From contig JBHLMN010000004.1 in assembly GCA_048938105.1 (NCBI GenBank), positions 192,001-256,000 on the forward strand: 64,000 bases of DNA. The letters are read 5' to 3'. The DNA comes from Promethearchaeota archaeon. Its GTDB lineage: Archaea; Asgardarchaeota; Heimdallarchaeia; Hodarchaeales; Hodarchaeaceae. The stretch's first letter is position 1. Each line of letters begins with the position of its first letter. A program made the position numbers and the translations under genes. Below are positions 30,162-40,897 of this stretch, piece by piece. The notes beneath the pieces are model-generated. The model did not search any database. It saw only the letters and a list, made by a program, of their open reading frames with translations, and was not told the DNA's origin.

Positions 30162-31145
30162 TTATTCTATGGATTCAGGAGTGAAGGCGTATTTCGTACC
30201 ATCTTCAATCTCAACGCCTTGAAGTAAAAGCCAGTGCCAATAAACATCTTCCATACTAAGACCTGAAACATTAAACTCAAGAAGTTGTTCTTGTCTATCC
30301 AATAATTCATTAGTTATATCGTCAACTTCCTTCTTCGTCTCCGCATAGAACTGGACTAATTGACCCATGCGCCGATATGGAAATCCTAGTTCACGTACAA
30401 AAGGTATCACATCAATCGAAGGATGTGGGACTACTTTCACATCAAAAGAATAAGGGATTTGTTTAATGATTTCTGATGTGTTTCCGAATTTCATCACCTT
30501 CCCATCTCGTGTCAACAACAACAACTTATCACATAAACGATCCACAACTGTTGGATTGTGATCTATAAGTAGAATGGTTAGCTCTCTCTCTTTGTCAAGT
30601 TTATAGATATAGTTAATAACCGATTCCTTCTTTTTCACATCGAGAGTAGCGGTTATTTCATCGAGAACAAGGATCTTAGGATTCTTCAGGAGTGCAATTA
30701 CCAATCTTGTCATTGCTTTTTGACCTTCAGAAAAGCCTTCTATTGGAACATCCAGCATTTTTGTTAGATCTACACTGTCCATCAATTCTTGTTGCCCCTT
30801 CCATGAAGCGTCTTGTAAATCTGCAAAATATTCTAGTGTTTCCTTCAAGGTCAATTTCTTATGGAAAGATAAACCAGGGGAAACATATGATAATAGCTTT
30901 CGTGCTTGTTTGGTCTGTTTCATTAGATCGTAAGGTCCAATGCGAATAGATCCTTTATCAGGGAGGTAAACACTCGCTAATGTCTTTAGTAGAGTTGTTT
31001 TTCCAGAACCATTGGGGCCAATGATAGCTAAATTTTCTTCATCTGGTAAATGGAAGTCCACCCCCTTCAAAACATGTTTCTGACCAAAGTATTTGTGGAC
31101 ATCCTTAACAACAATTTCCCGATCGCCTGTTTGAGTCATTTGCAT
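30162..31145 (-). CDS. ABC ATP-binding protein (ABC-2/multidrug type)
   Basis: GPNGSGKTT, FSEGQ, LVLDEITATLD, IDH. Confidence 0.9.
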   Translation of the reverse strand: MQMTQTGDREIVVKDVHKYFGQKHVLKGVDFHLPDEENLAIIGPNGSGKTTLLKTLASVYLPDKGSIRIGPYDLMKQTKQARKLLSYVSPGLSFHKKLTLKETLEYFADLQDASWKGQQELMDSVDLTKMLDVPIEGFSEGQKAMTRLVIALLKNPKILVLDEITATLDVKKKESVINYIYKLDKERELTILLIDHNPTVVDRLCDKLLLLTRDGKVMKFGNTSEIIKQIPYSFDVKVVPHPSIDVIPFVRELGFPYRRMGQLVQFYAETKKEVDDITNELLDRQEQLLEFNVSGLSMEDVYWHWLLLQGVEIEDGTKYAFTPESIE

Positions 31146-31153
31146 TACTCCAT

Positions 31154-32068
31154 TTAATAAAATTCCAATGTTCCACTGTAGGCTGCTTTCCTAGTGATTT
31201 GTTTCATAATCATTATAGCTCCCCCCAGAACAAATAATGATATGATTCCATTAAAGATAATTACGAAGAATATGTTTGTAGGGATAATACCTCGTATAAA
31301 CATGGAACGTAGACTGTAGAGCATTCCAGTTGTTGGTATAAAGTATAATAATTCCTCTAGAGAACCAAAACCATAAGGGATAGAGTATAATAGCTGATTA
31401 AGGGAACTAAGACCAAGAGTTCGAAGTACCTCAAGTGGAAAAAAATAACCACTTGTCATTGTGATAATATATGAAAATAGGAATGCCAGGGGACCGCTTT
31501 TCTTAAAAATAACGTTTAAAGTTGAAGCGATAATTGTAACTCCAAGCATAAAGATCCAAGATATGATGAGAATTAGTACAGAATAAAGGAGGATCTCTGG
31601 AGTTATGATTAAAGGTTGTAAGATAGTTTCACCACCAATTGGGATAGATGATAATAAGAATACTATTGGTAAAACAAACACCACTAAGGTAACAACAGTT
31701 TTTATCGTACTTGAGGAGAATTGACCTGTGATTAGATCACTTATCGACACCTCATTAGTAATTATAAAACCTAATGCACCCCGTTGAGCCTCATTAGGAA
31801 TAACAGTTACGCCATCTTTGTACGCCCTAGTGAATATAACCCAATAGATCACTCCCACGACTAAAAATTCTTTTAGGAAGCCTTCATAAAGAAAACCGTC
31901 AATATCACTCGATGCTACCATCTGACCAAGAAAAAGAAAAGTGATGACATCCACAGCGAGCCATGCTAAATCTGTGATGAAATTCAGTTTATATTTCCAA
32001 TCAATACGCAAATTTCGAATGATATTTGCTTTAAGCACTGTTACCGTTCTATTTGACAATAGAAGCAC
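31154..32068 (-). CDS. ABC-2 type permease
   Basis: About 6 TM, SGYFFPLEVL, adjacent to ATPase. Confidence 0.82.
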   Translation of the reverse strand: MLLLSNRTVTVLKANIIRNLRIDWKYKLNFITDLAWLAVDVITFLFLGQMVASSDIDGFLYEGFLKEFLVVGVIYWVIFTRAYKDGVTVIPNEAQRGALGFIITNEVSISDLITGQFSSSTIKTVVTLVVFVLPIVFLLSSIPIGGETILQPLIITPEILLYSVLILIISWIFMLGVTIIASTLNVIFKKSGPLAFLFSYIITMTSGYFFPLEVLRTLGLSSLNQLLYSIPYGFGSLEELLYFIPTTGMLYSLRSMFIRGIIPTNIFFVIIFNGIISLFVLGGAIMIMKQITRKAAYSGTLEFY

Positions 32069-32284
32069 CTCATTATTATGAAAAATAAAACTAGGTACTA
32101 GACTAAAGGAGACATTTTTTTTATTTAAAGAAGTACCTTAATAAACTTCCTTTGGTAAAATGACGTTTTAAGATTGACAGGGATATTTTACCATAATAAA
32201 TCACATAAAACAGAAAAAATTAGACCTCTACTCGCTAATCAATGGAATTTCTGGTATGAGCTCCAACATTGGTGAAAAAATTCA

Positions 32285-33520
32285 GTGACAACGACGAAGT
32301 TGTTGAATTCAAACGTTATTACTTTAACTGTGACCCATTTTTTATGGGGATTCGTAAATTTTGTCTATTCGATCCAAATCCAACCGTTTTTATTATCAAT
32401 TTACGGCACGACTCCTGAAGCAGCTCAGATCTTGGGAACTATACTTACAATCGGAAGTTTCTCGGCGGTAATTCCGCTATTACTAAGTTTTTGTGGGGAT
32501 TTATTTGGTAGGAAAAAATTCATTATTTTTGGGGAGATTATAAGCATTTTAGGGTTAATTGGATTATCATTTGCTAGTTCAGTTGTATTAATGTCAATAA
32601 TTAGTCTTATTGTGTTCAATATAGGAATTGGGATTTACGATCCCCCCTTACAAGGGCTTATTCATGAATCGACTATCGTGCCGAAAAGAGGATTAGCTTA
32701 TTCAATCGTGTACAACTCCTCTTCTATTGCTGGCATAATTGCTTCCTTTATAATTCAGAATGAGGTTTATGGGGGTTTCGTCATCTATTTTCAAATTAGC
32801 TGCATAGTGTTTGCTCTTGCAATAATCATTAATTTCTTAATATTACGCGATATTTCCCCAAATAAGAATAGAATCTATTTTCCTTTAGTTGAGACATTTA
32901 AAAAGCCAATTTCTCGATTAACAGTTCTCGCATTCTTTTTAGATACTTTCTCTTGGGGATTACCTCTATCTATAGCGAATGGGATCTATATTATTCTATT
33001 TGGAGTAGACGTCTCTTTTATTGCAACATTAACTTTGACATTAAGTGTGGTTCTTGTTCTTTTCCAATATCCTGCTGGTTCATGTGTTGATCGTTTTGGG
33101 CGGCTTTTTGGACTTATAATGGGAGAGTTAACGGGTTTTATGTGGATAATCTTAACCTTGCTCTCAATAGCGGTTCATCAAGCCGAGATATTGATTTGGG
33201 CATATGCTACATTAGGGATAAGCATTGCATTTTGGAGACCATCTGTTACATTGAGTTTTATTGAGATTGATCCTTCAGCTGTATCAACCAACTTTGGGAT
33301 CCTCTCTTTTATCCAGCGATTAGGCAGTATACCTACTGCAGCTATCGCTGGGTTTATATTTTCTATTATTGGATTTTCTCCATTACTCATTATGACTTTC
33401 AGTGGTACATTGGTTGTGATTGCAATTTTCATCAAGATAGATCAACTTCAAAAAAACCAGATTAAGGAAAAAATACGACAAGATTCTCATATTGAAACTG
33501 AAAATTCCATAAACACCTAA
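32285..33520 (+). CDS. MFS transporter
   Basis: GDLFGRKK and VDRFGR motif A in both halves. Confidence 0.88.
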   Translation: MTTTKLLNSNVITLTVTHFLWGFVNFVYSIQIQPFLLSIYGTTPEAAQILGTILTIGSFSAVIPLLLSFCGDLFGRKKFIIFGEIISILGLIGLSFASSVVLMSIISLIVFNIGIGIYDPPLQGLIHESTIVPKRGLAYSIVYNSSSIAGIIASFIIQNEVYGGFVIYFQISCIVFALAIIINFLILRDISPNKNRIYFPLVETFKKPISRLTVLAFFLDTFSWGLPLSIANGIYIILFGVDVSFIATLTLTLSVVLVLFQYPAGSCVDRFGRLFGLIMGELTGFMWIILTLLSIAVHQAEILIWAYATLGISIAFWRPSVTLSFIEIDPSAVSTNFGILSFIQRLGSIPTAAIAGFIFSIIGFSPLLIMTFSGTLVVIAIFIKIDQLQKNQIKEKIRQDSHIETENSINT

Positions 33521-33541
33521 TAATTTCCCAGAAGTGGTTCA

Positions 33542-34801
33542 GTGACAGCAACTCCTAAAATTTCAATTAGAAATGCTTACATGTTACTTTTCGCTTCTCA
33601 AATCGTTAATATCGGGTTTGGACTACTTGCTATATTTATTACATTGTTAGCTGATGAAATTAATTTACGGCCACTTGAAATCGGAGTCATTATCTCCATA
33701 TTTATGGTTGCTCGTGCTATATCATCAGGAGTGGTTCCAGACCTCTCTGATAAAGTTGGGAGGAGATTGATATTGATTGTGTCTCTCGTTTTCTATGCTT
33801 GCAGTACAGCTTTGTTAGGCTTTGCTCGATCTTTTTTCTGGTTATTCATTTTAAGGATTATTGAAGGAGCTTCAGCTGGAGCTGTATTTCCGACAGCTGA
33901 AGCTTTACTTGTTGATTCAGTACCTATGAGAGACCGTGGCGCTTGGATGGGGAAATACTTTACCACATTCAATTTTGGTTTCATTATCGGTCCAGCACTA
34001 GGTGGTATTTTGTTTTCGTTTGGGACAGACGTTTTATCCCTTGAGACATTAACTGCTTTTAGTATTCCTTTTTTATTTACTGGCTTCCTTGGATTTACAT
34101 CCTTGTTATCAATAATTATTTTTGTCAAAGATATTTTTAAGAAAGATAAGAAAGAATCGATTGAAGAATTGATCACTGATGAAATAGATGATATTCCTAC
34201 CTCTATAACTCCCTATTTTAGTTCATTCTTATTTATAGGAGTATTAAGTGGATTCTCTATTGGCTTGATCATTCCTATTTTTACCTTGCATATGACCGAT
34301 GCGTTCTTATTAGATGAAGGAACGGTAGGATTTATTTTCACCATTAGTGGGAGTGTTGCTCTGTTAGTAAACTATCCTGCGGGCAAACTAAGTGATAAAA
34401 TCGAAAGAATGCAGATTGTCTGGATTGGAATGATTTTCACTGGATTAGCTTATATTGGGGTCTCTTTAAGTACAACATTGATCGCTGCAATCATTTTTTT
34501 CATATTTCGATCAACTGCTTTTCAAGCCTATCTCCCTGCTTATCGTGCTTTTCAAGCTGATAAAATCCCCCCATTGATTAGAGGTAAGGTTATGGGTCGT
34601 ATCCAATCAGCTTTCAATGTGGGAGCTACACTAGGTCCCCTTATTGGGGCTTGGATCTATGAGTTATTTGTTTCACAATCAATGGAAATACTTGGGTACA
34701 GATTTTTCGGGGGTGGACTTCCATTTCTTGTAGCAGGGATCTTCGGTTTAATTCAAGTATTTATAGCGGTTTATATCCTACGTAGTGAAAAAAAGGTCTA
34801 G
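33542..34801 (+). CDS. MFS transporter (DHA1-like)
   Basis: LSDKVGRR, LRIIEGASAG, GFIIGPALGG, GKLSDKIER. Confidence 0.9.
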   Translation: MTATPKISIRNAYMLLFASQIVNIGFGLLAIFITLLADEINLRPLEIGVIISIFMVARAISSGVVPDLSDKVGRRLILIVSLVFYACSTALLGFARSFFWLFILRIIEGASAGAVFPTAEALLVDSVPMRDRGAWMGKYFTTFNFGFIIGPALGGILFSFGTDVLSLETLTAFSIPFLFTGFLGFTSLLSIIIFVKDIFKKDKKESIEELITDEIDDIPTSITPYFSSFLFIGVLSGFSIGLIIPIFTLHMTDAFLLDEGTVGFIFTISGSVALLVNYPAGKLSDKIERMQIVWIGMIFTGLAYIGVSLSTTLIAAIIFFIFRSTAFQAYLPAYRAFQADKIPPLIRGKVMGRIQSAFNVGATLGPLIGAWIYELFVSQSMEILGYRFFGGGLPFLVAGIFGLIQVFIAVYILRSEKKV

Positions 34802-35913
34802 GATTGAGCATACTCAGTTGTTGTAGTAAACCAAAAAGGGACAGAGAACGCAATTAAATAAAATATAGTAATAAAAAAGAAATATTGAGGAAATATATTA
34901 TCCGTTACAGCTCGGCCAACCATTACAACCAATGTCTGTATTATTAATAATCCAAGAGATATTACAAAGAGTCCTGCTAGTCCCCGCGTTATAAAGGGTG
35001 CAGATTGTCTCTTAATCTCTTTACCCCATTCAGAAGTAGACTCTCCAATAATTAACTCCTTGAAGACATATATCGCAACAATTAAGCTTACTAAAAGAGC
35101 CAGAAGAATGGATAAATCATATACAGCTAACAAAAGACTATCATTGAAAAATGAACCCAGATTTCCAGTTAAAACGTGAATATTATAACAGGAACTAAAT
35201 AAAATAGGAAACAATATGTTTCGAGTAAGGATATAGATTGTACCTGCACACAGACCGAATAAGAAGAAAGAAATGAAATTATACAGATCATAAGGATAAT
35301 TTGGGTTTAAAATATATGAGGGTATTTGAATAAAGCAATGTCCGATAGCAGATACAATAACTGCAAGTAAAGGAGATAACCCACGGTCTTCCAATAAAGG
35401 AATAATCGTCCGACGATAGATTAGCTCATCAAATATTGGTTCAACAATTAATACCAGAATAAGAAATAGAATGAAAATAAGCGGATTAAATAGTACATCA
35501 TAATCTTCAAAGGAATAAAAGGGTTGAAATGTTGATTTAAAATTAAGGAAATATTCAAAAAGATAATTTAACAGTTGTAGGAAAAATATCATGACACAAG
35601 AAAGAAAGGCAAAGATAGCAAAGCTAGTAGTATTAGCGTTCTTATAATCAGCATCTACTACTTTCAGACGAGGAATAAAAATAAAATAAACAATAAGACT
35701 TAATATACAAAATAATATATTACTTATTAATAAATTCAATAATATTTGATCCAAGTCTATTTTTGAACTAATAATTACCCATTGAAGAAATAACATTGGC
35801 CAACCAATTAGGTTAACGAGAAAGTAACCTACTGCAACAATTACCGCTGGTGTGAAGAAATTCAAGTAACTATTTTCAATCTCAACTATATTCAATTTTC
35901 TCATAATAATCAC
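34798..35913 (-). CDS. CPBP (CAAX/Rce1-like) intramembrane protease family protein
   Basis: EPIFDELIYRR (EExxxR variant), YILTRNILFPI...YN; the family His residues look degenerate. Confidence 0.75.
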   Translation of the reverse strand: MIIMRKLNIVEIENSYLNFFTPAVIVAVGYFLVNLIGWPMLFLQWVIISSKIDLDQILLNLLISNILFCILSLIVYFIFIPRLKVVDADYKNANTTSFAIFAFLSCVMIFFLQLLNYLFEYFLNFKSTFQPFYSFEDYDVLFNPLIFILFLILVLIVEPIFDELIYRRTIIPLLEDRGLSPLLAVIVSAIGHCFIQIPSYILNPNYPYDLYNFISFFLFGLCAGTIYILTRNILFPILFSSCYNIHVLTGNLGSFFNDSLLLAVYDLSILLALLVSLIVAIYVFKELIIGESTSEWGKEIKRQSAPFITRGLAGLFVISLGLLIIQTLVVMVGRAVTDNIFPQYFFFITIFYLIAFSVPFWFTTTTEYAQS

Positions 35914-35999
35914 TCGGATTTTGAATTTTTCTAATTATAACAGATTCTTTTTCGATTCTTGAACGATTCTTTAGGTTACAATAAGTGAAAATTATTATA

Positions 36000-36677
36000 T
36001 CAAAGTTTTTGTCTCCATTCGAGAATGTCCTTAATAGGTACAAGTATGATCGTGGAAATATGAGTTGTAGGGTCTATTTCATCTTTATTAAAACGTTCTA
36101 ATTTTATTTTGTTCAATGTTCTTAGCATCTTTTCCTCAAACTCTTTGTAAATTTGAAGAGTTTCTGTTGTAAGAGGAATGATTCTAATAAATGTTTCTCT
36201 TTGGTTATCTAAAGTTTGCAGATCAAATAAGTAACGATTATGTTCAATATATTTAATCATCCATTTCATTAAGTTAATTGTTACTAAAACGTCTGTATTC
36301 ATTAATTCAATTAATGAACCTTTTAGATCTCCTTTCTTTTCATCTGATATTTTCTGTGATTTAACCTCTTCTTGAAGTTGGTACAGTATTTTGTTTAAAT
36401 TATCTAGATTTAGTGAATAAAGACGTGTTTTGAGTCTTTTTTTATCACTTTCTTTTTCTTCCCATTTAATAATCCCCACTTCTTCTAGCTTCTTCATATG
36501 ATGGTGGATGGTTGTTTTTCCTTTTTGAAGGATTCTACTTAATTGTTTCAAAGTTAATTTTTCATATGTAAGTAAACAGAGATGAATTGCTAATCGTGTC
36601 TCATCTTTAAGCATCTCATTGACTCTATAAATTAAAGAATTAGGTAAGATTTTGTCCCCTTTTTTCTCTTTATTCAT
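36000..36677 (-). CDS. ArsR-like winged-HTH transcriptional regulator
   Basis: DETRLAIHLCL..LTLKQLS..GKTTIHHHMKKLEEVGII. Confidence 0.85.
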   Translation of the reverse strand: MNKEKKGDKILPNSLIYRVNEMLKDETRLAIHLCLLTYEKLTLKQLSRILQKGKTTIHHHMKKLEEVGIIKWEEKESDKKRLKTRLYSLNLDNLNKILYQLQEEVKSQKISDEKKGDLKGSLIELMNTDVLVTINLMKWMIKYIEHNRYLFDLQTLDNQRETFIRIIPLTTETLQIYKEFEEKMLRTLNKIKLERFNKDEIDPTTHISTIILVPIKDILEWRQKL

Positions 36678-36772
36678 AATTATACTCCTTGAGAATCTTA
36701 CCTTTGGTTGAGATTGCTTTTCTTGCTGTTTATGTAATTAGGTTTAATCGTTTATAATTTAATATATTTAAA

Positions 36773-36784
36773 CCAATATATTGG
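36773..36784. promoter_or_regulatory. 12-bp perfect palindrome between divergent regulator and ABC operon
   Basis: CCAATATATTGG. Confidence 0.4.
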
Positions 36785-36949
36785 ATAGTTTTTAACCGAT
36801 TTATTTCACCATTAATAATTCTTATAAGTTATTACTATATCTCTTCATTCAACATCGAATATACGATTAACTTAAATACTGATAGAACAAGTAATTCTCT
36901 TTCTCTGTTTAACTTTGTGTATCTATGAAAAAACAGGAGTTATGGTTGA

Positions 36950-39832
36950 ATGTGGTTAAATATCAAGTTTATACTACAGTTCTCATTTAATAGTATCAAT
37001 AAAAATTTACTTCGGTCATTTAGTCTGATTCTCTCTGTTATTCTGATAATTAGCACAACTGTCACAATGTTAGGGTGGTTAGAAGAGGCACCTAAGAATG
37101 CAATAAACGCTGCTTTTGAAAATCGAGGATATGAGGTGAAAATTTCAGAGATTTATTATCATGAGGGAGGATTAGAGACAATCCAAGCCTATCTTGAGAC
37201 AGAAAGCATTGTGGAGTCTGCTTGTATCATTCATCGCTCTTTATTCCTTTACAATCTTAACAACAGAAATTCTAACTTTAGCGTCCTTAACCCTCCAGTG
37301 AACGAAAGTGATTTTTATATTAGTAAAGAGGATTTAAGTAATGGGGCATTTTTTGTTCCAAATGAATTTTTATCACACATTCAACCCATGTTACAGTTCG
37401 AAAGTGGAAGTGATATTTCATTTGGTCAGGATAATACGAAAGTCGTTATTTCACGTCGAATGTTATCATTAATTGAGGAAAAAACAAACCAATCGGATTT
37501 AACTCTTGGGTCAACCATTAATTTCTCGATTGCCACTCAATTTTTGCCAGAAAATCACGAAGAACTAAGTGATTTAAATCCACTATCGTCAGAAAATTTT
37601 TCAATTCTCACGATAGGAGCGATTTATGATCGAATTCCTTCTCAAACTCAAATAGCTTTTGGCTTAGATTTTTATCAAGAAACCCTTGGAGATGGGATTT
37701 TTCTATCTCATGAGCTTCTATCAGAGAATTTCACTTCAGAAATTGAGGCAAATGGTTTCTTCCCAACTCTTTTTGTTAGGCTAAACAGGACTTACCTTAG
37801 TCACCTTTCAATTGATCAAGTTATCCCTCAGATAAACTATCTTACTGCCAGAATATACCAACAAGGTCGTTATAAAATCGAGATACAGACTGATGAAATT
37901 CATTCATTGCTTAATATATTTAACAAGTCATTCTTCGTCTTAATCCTCATGTTATTGCCTATGTTAATTTGCGCAGAGATTTTTTACCTTGCTTTAGTTC
38001 CACATCTTCTCAATTCACGGACAGATGAATTTCATTATCTGAGACTACGGGGTACATCCGACCGAAAAATCTATGTCATTGGAGGTTTTGAATTTGTGTT
38101 TCTGACTTTTTTTGGACTAATCGGAGGTATCTTGGGAGGTGCAGTTTTATTTGACATTTTATTAACGACTTCGAATTTTTTACAAGTTCCCTATGAATTC
38201 TTATACAGTAGGGGGAGATCTCTGTTAGAGACTCAAAGTCATATTTGGTTGAACGGTGTCATCTTTGTTTTAGCTTTGAATTTCGGGTATTTCCTACTTT
38301 TATTTAAACGAATAGTTAAAAGATTACATCAATTTGATCATGAAAGGCAGAGTAGTCGTTTCCTTTCCACACATCAGAGAATGACCTCAACAATCTTACG
38401 ATTGTTGATTGCTGGATTAGTACTTTATCTAGCTTTTACGACGCTTGCTCCAACAATACTTAATGAATTAGGTGCATCTGAGATCTCTGTTCAGCTAATT
38501 CCTCTCATTGCTATTCTTGTTATGGCATTGTGGGTACTTTTTTCCTTTTACATTCCGCAATTTTGTTTACGGATTATTCAATCAATTTTCGAAAGCTTAA
38601 AGATTTTCAAGAATCCTCGAAGAAGGATAACTTGGGTTAATCTATTTCGTCGTCGTGGTCAATTTATTAGTGTCCTTGCATTAATCACTCTAACACTCTC
38701 TCTATTTACATTTACAATAGTTTATGAGGAGACAATAAAGGATAATAGTAATAAAAACGCTGATTACTTTATTGGAGGGGATATTAAGCTTGTTACTGAT
38801 GATGTAAGTGCTTTAAATTTTTCATCTAAAATTGTTAATATATCTGGGATTGATCATTGTGTTGGATTTCCTTGCAGGACAGTTACAATTGCTCGATATT
38901 CCATTGTTTTAATTGGAATTGATCCAGATTCTTATAATGAAATCTCAAGCGTTTACCCCGAATCAATTGTTGATGGCCCAGAACCAGCTAGGTTTTGGCA
39001 TTCTTTAAGTGAGAATCCTCTCCATTCATTTATAATCAATAATTTCATGGCTGAAGTCTTTAGATGGGAAATAGGATCTGTCACTCAAGTATTAGGCCTT
39101 TTAGCTGGTTATGGAGCTGAGTGGAATCTTTCTGTTACTGGAATACTTAATTCTGCTCCTGGAGTTGGGTCTTTATATCCAGGGGAGTATGTTGCTGGTG
39201 TATACAGCTTTGGTGGGTATGCTTTTGTACATAAAGATTTACTAGAGGCTTTTGGTACAACAACTGCCAATGTTTTCCTTCTTCGTATCAATTCTACAGA
39301 TGTAGAACAACTATCACTAATAAATGACCAGTTGCAAAATTTAAATGAAATACGAATAATTCTTGAATCCTCTTCAGTAGAAAAATACCAACAAAATTTC
39401 TTCCATTTAGCAGGTGTTCAAGGACTTTTAACAATAGATTGCCTTGGAGCAATTTTAGTTGCTATTCTAGGAGTTGCAGTATTCTATCAGTATTTAGTTA
39501 GTGAACGCTTACAAGAATTCGCAATATTTCAAGCATTCGGGGCTACACGGCGTAAGATTTCAAGATTAGTATTAAACGAATCACTATTCTTAACTGGTAT
39601 TGGAATAATCTTAGGAGTCATAACGGGTAACTTATTTGCATTGGGCTTTCTTTTTGCTTCACGAACAATCACAATTAGTCCAAATAATATATTCTTATTA
39701 GAATTATCAATCTCACCCATCATTCTGGGTATTGGATTGATAATTGTAGCCCTGGTAATTTTCTTAACCTCCTTAATTCCAACGATTAAGATTTATGGTT
39801 ATGAAATAACACACCTATTGAGAGAATTGTGA
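36950..39832 (+). CDS. FtsX/MacB-type ABC permease (two-repeat)
   Basis: SRTDEFHYLRLRG and ERLQEFAIFQAFGA motifs; large extracytoplasmic domains. Confidence 0.88.
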   Translation: MWLNIKFILQFSFNSINKNLLRSFSLILSVILIISTTVTMLGWLEEAPKNAINAAFENRGYEVKISEIYYHEGGLETIQAYLETESIVESACIIHRSLFLYNLNNRNSNFSVLNPPVNESDFYISKEDLSNGAFFVPNEFLSHIQPMLQFESGSDISFGQDNTKVVISRRMLSLIEEKTNQSDLTLGSTINFSIATQFLPENHEELSDLNPLSSENFSILTIGAIYDRIPSQTQIAFGLDFYQETLGDGIFLSHELLSENFTSEIEANGFFPTLFVRLNRTYLSHLSIDQVIPQINYLTARIYQQGRYKIEIQTDEIHSLLNIFNKSFFVLILMLLPMLICAEIFYLALVPHLLNSRTDEFHYLRLRGTSDRKIYVIGGFEFVFLTFFGLIGGILGGAVLFDILLTTSNFLQVPYEFLYSRGRSLLETQSHIWLNGVIFVLALNFGYFLLLFKRIVKRLHQFDHERQSSRFLSTHQRMTSTILRLLIAGLVLYLAFTTLAPTILNELGASEISVQLIPLIAILVMALWVLFSFYIPQFCLRIIQSIFESLKIFKNPRRRITWVNLFRRRGQFISVLALITLTLSLFTFTIVYEETIKDNSNKNADYFIGGDIKLVTDDVSALNFSSKIVNISGIDHCVGFPCRTVTIARYSIVLIGIDPDSYNEISSVYPESIVDGPEPARFWHSLSENPLHSFIINNFMAEVFRWEIGSVTQVLGLLAGYGAEWNLSVTGILNSAPGVGSLYPGEYVAGVYSFGGYAFVHKDLLEAFGTTTANVFLLRINSTDVEQLSLINDQLQNLNEIRIILESSSVEKYQQNFFHLAGVQGLLTIDCLGAILVAILGVAVFYQYLVSERLQEFAIFQAFGATRRKISRLVLNESLFLTGIGIILGVITGNLFALGFLFASRTITISPNNIFLLELSISPIILGIGLIIVALVIFLTSLIPTIKIYGYEITHLLREL

Positions 39833-39857
39833 AGAAAAAATCATTAGGAGGCTTAAT

Positions 39858-40895
39858 ATGGCAATTCGGGCAAGAAAATTGATGTACGATCCAACAGAAA
39901 AATTACCTGATAATTTACTAATTGCTCTATTTAATATCTACAAAATTTATCAATCTGATAAAATTGAGCATGTCGCTCTACGAGGAGTAAGTCTATCTAT
40001 TCATTCCGAGGAAATGATCAGTTGTGTTGGGCCCTCTGGTAGTGGAAAAACTACATTACTCCGAATTTTAGCTGGTTTGATTCCACCGACAGCAGGGACA
40101 GTATTTTGGAAGAAATTGGAAACAACTCTCTCTCATTTTACTATTTCCCAGTTAGCGAGTGTTCGAAACACTTTCCTTGGGTACATATCCCAACAACCCT
40201 TTCTTCTCCCACAATTGTCAGTACTGAAGAATGTGATGTTTCCAGGAATGATTTGTGACCGATCAAATGCTCGTGAACTTAAGTATAGGGCTCTAGATCT
40301 CCTTCAACGAGTGGGACTATTAGACAGGGTTGATTCCTCCCCAAATATGTTGAGTTCAGGAGAAATTCAGCGAGTTTCTCTCGCTAGTTCATTAATTAAC
40401 TATCCAGATATTGTATTCGCTGATGAACCAACAGGAAATCTCGATTTTGATACGGGTGAACAATTTCTTGATCTAATGAAGGAAATCAACGAAAGCTTAG
40501 GTACTACTTTTTTCATAGTTACTCATTCACCACAAGTAGCAAAAAGAACGAACCGAGTATTAGAACTATCGGATGGGATGCTTATTGGGCATCATACAGT
40601 TGCTAATTTAGCTGCGTTACACCATACTAGAACATTAGTACCTGATGCTCAAAATAGAATTTTTCTTCCTGAAGAGCTCATGGAAAGACTTAACTTTCCT
40701 TGGGGATTTTCAGTGGATATAGATGAAAAGAAATTAATTCTGAATCCTATTGCAATGGAAGACATTGACCCTTCCGAAATTCTTGAAAAAGAACTTCCCT
40801 GTGAGTTATGTGGTACAAAAAACCCGTACACTAATCGATTTTGTGATCATTGTGGAAGTTTGCTTTCTCAGTTCAAGTTTTTTAAGGAGGAATAA
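39858..40895 (+). CDS. ABC ATP-binding protein with C-terminal AbrB-like segment and zinc ribbon
   Basis: [24 protein letters not shown]; tail LVPDAQNRIFLPEELMERL then CELCG..FCDHCG. Confidence 0.9.
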   Translation: MAIRARKLMYDPTEKLPDNLLIALFNIYKIYQSDKIEHVALRGVSLSIHSEEMISCVGPSGSGKTTLLRILAGLIPPTAGTVFWKKLETTLSHFTISQLASVRNTFLGYISQQPFLLPQLSVLKNVMFPGMICDRSNARELKYRALDLLQRVGLLDRVDSSPNMLSSGEIQRVSLASSLINYPDIVFADEPTGNLDFDTGEQFLDLMKEINESLGTTFFIVTHSPQVAKRTNRVLELSDGMLIGHHTVANLAALHHTRTLVPDAQNRIFLPEELMERLNFPWGFSVDIDEKKLILNPIAMEDIDPSEILEKELPCELCGTKNPYTNRFCDHCGSLLSQFKFFKEE

Positions 40896-40897
40896 CC

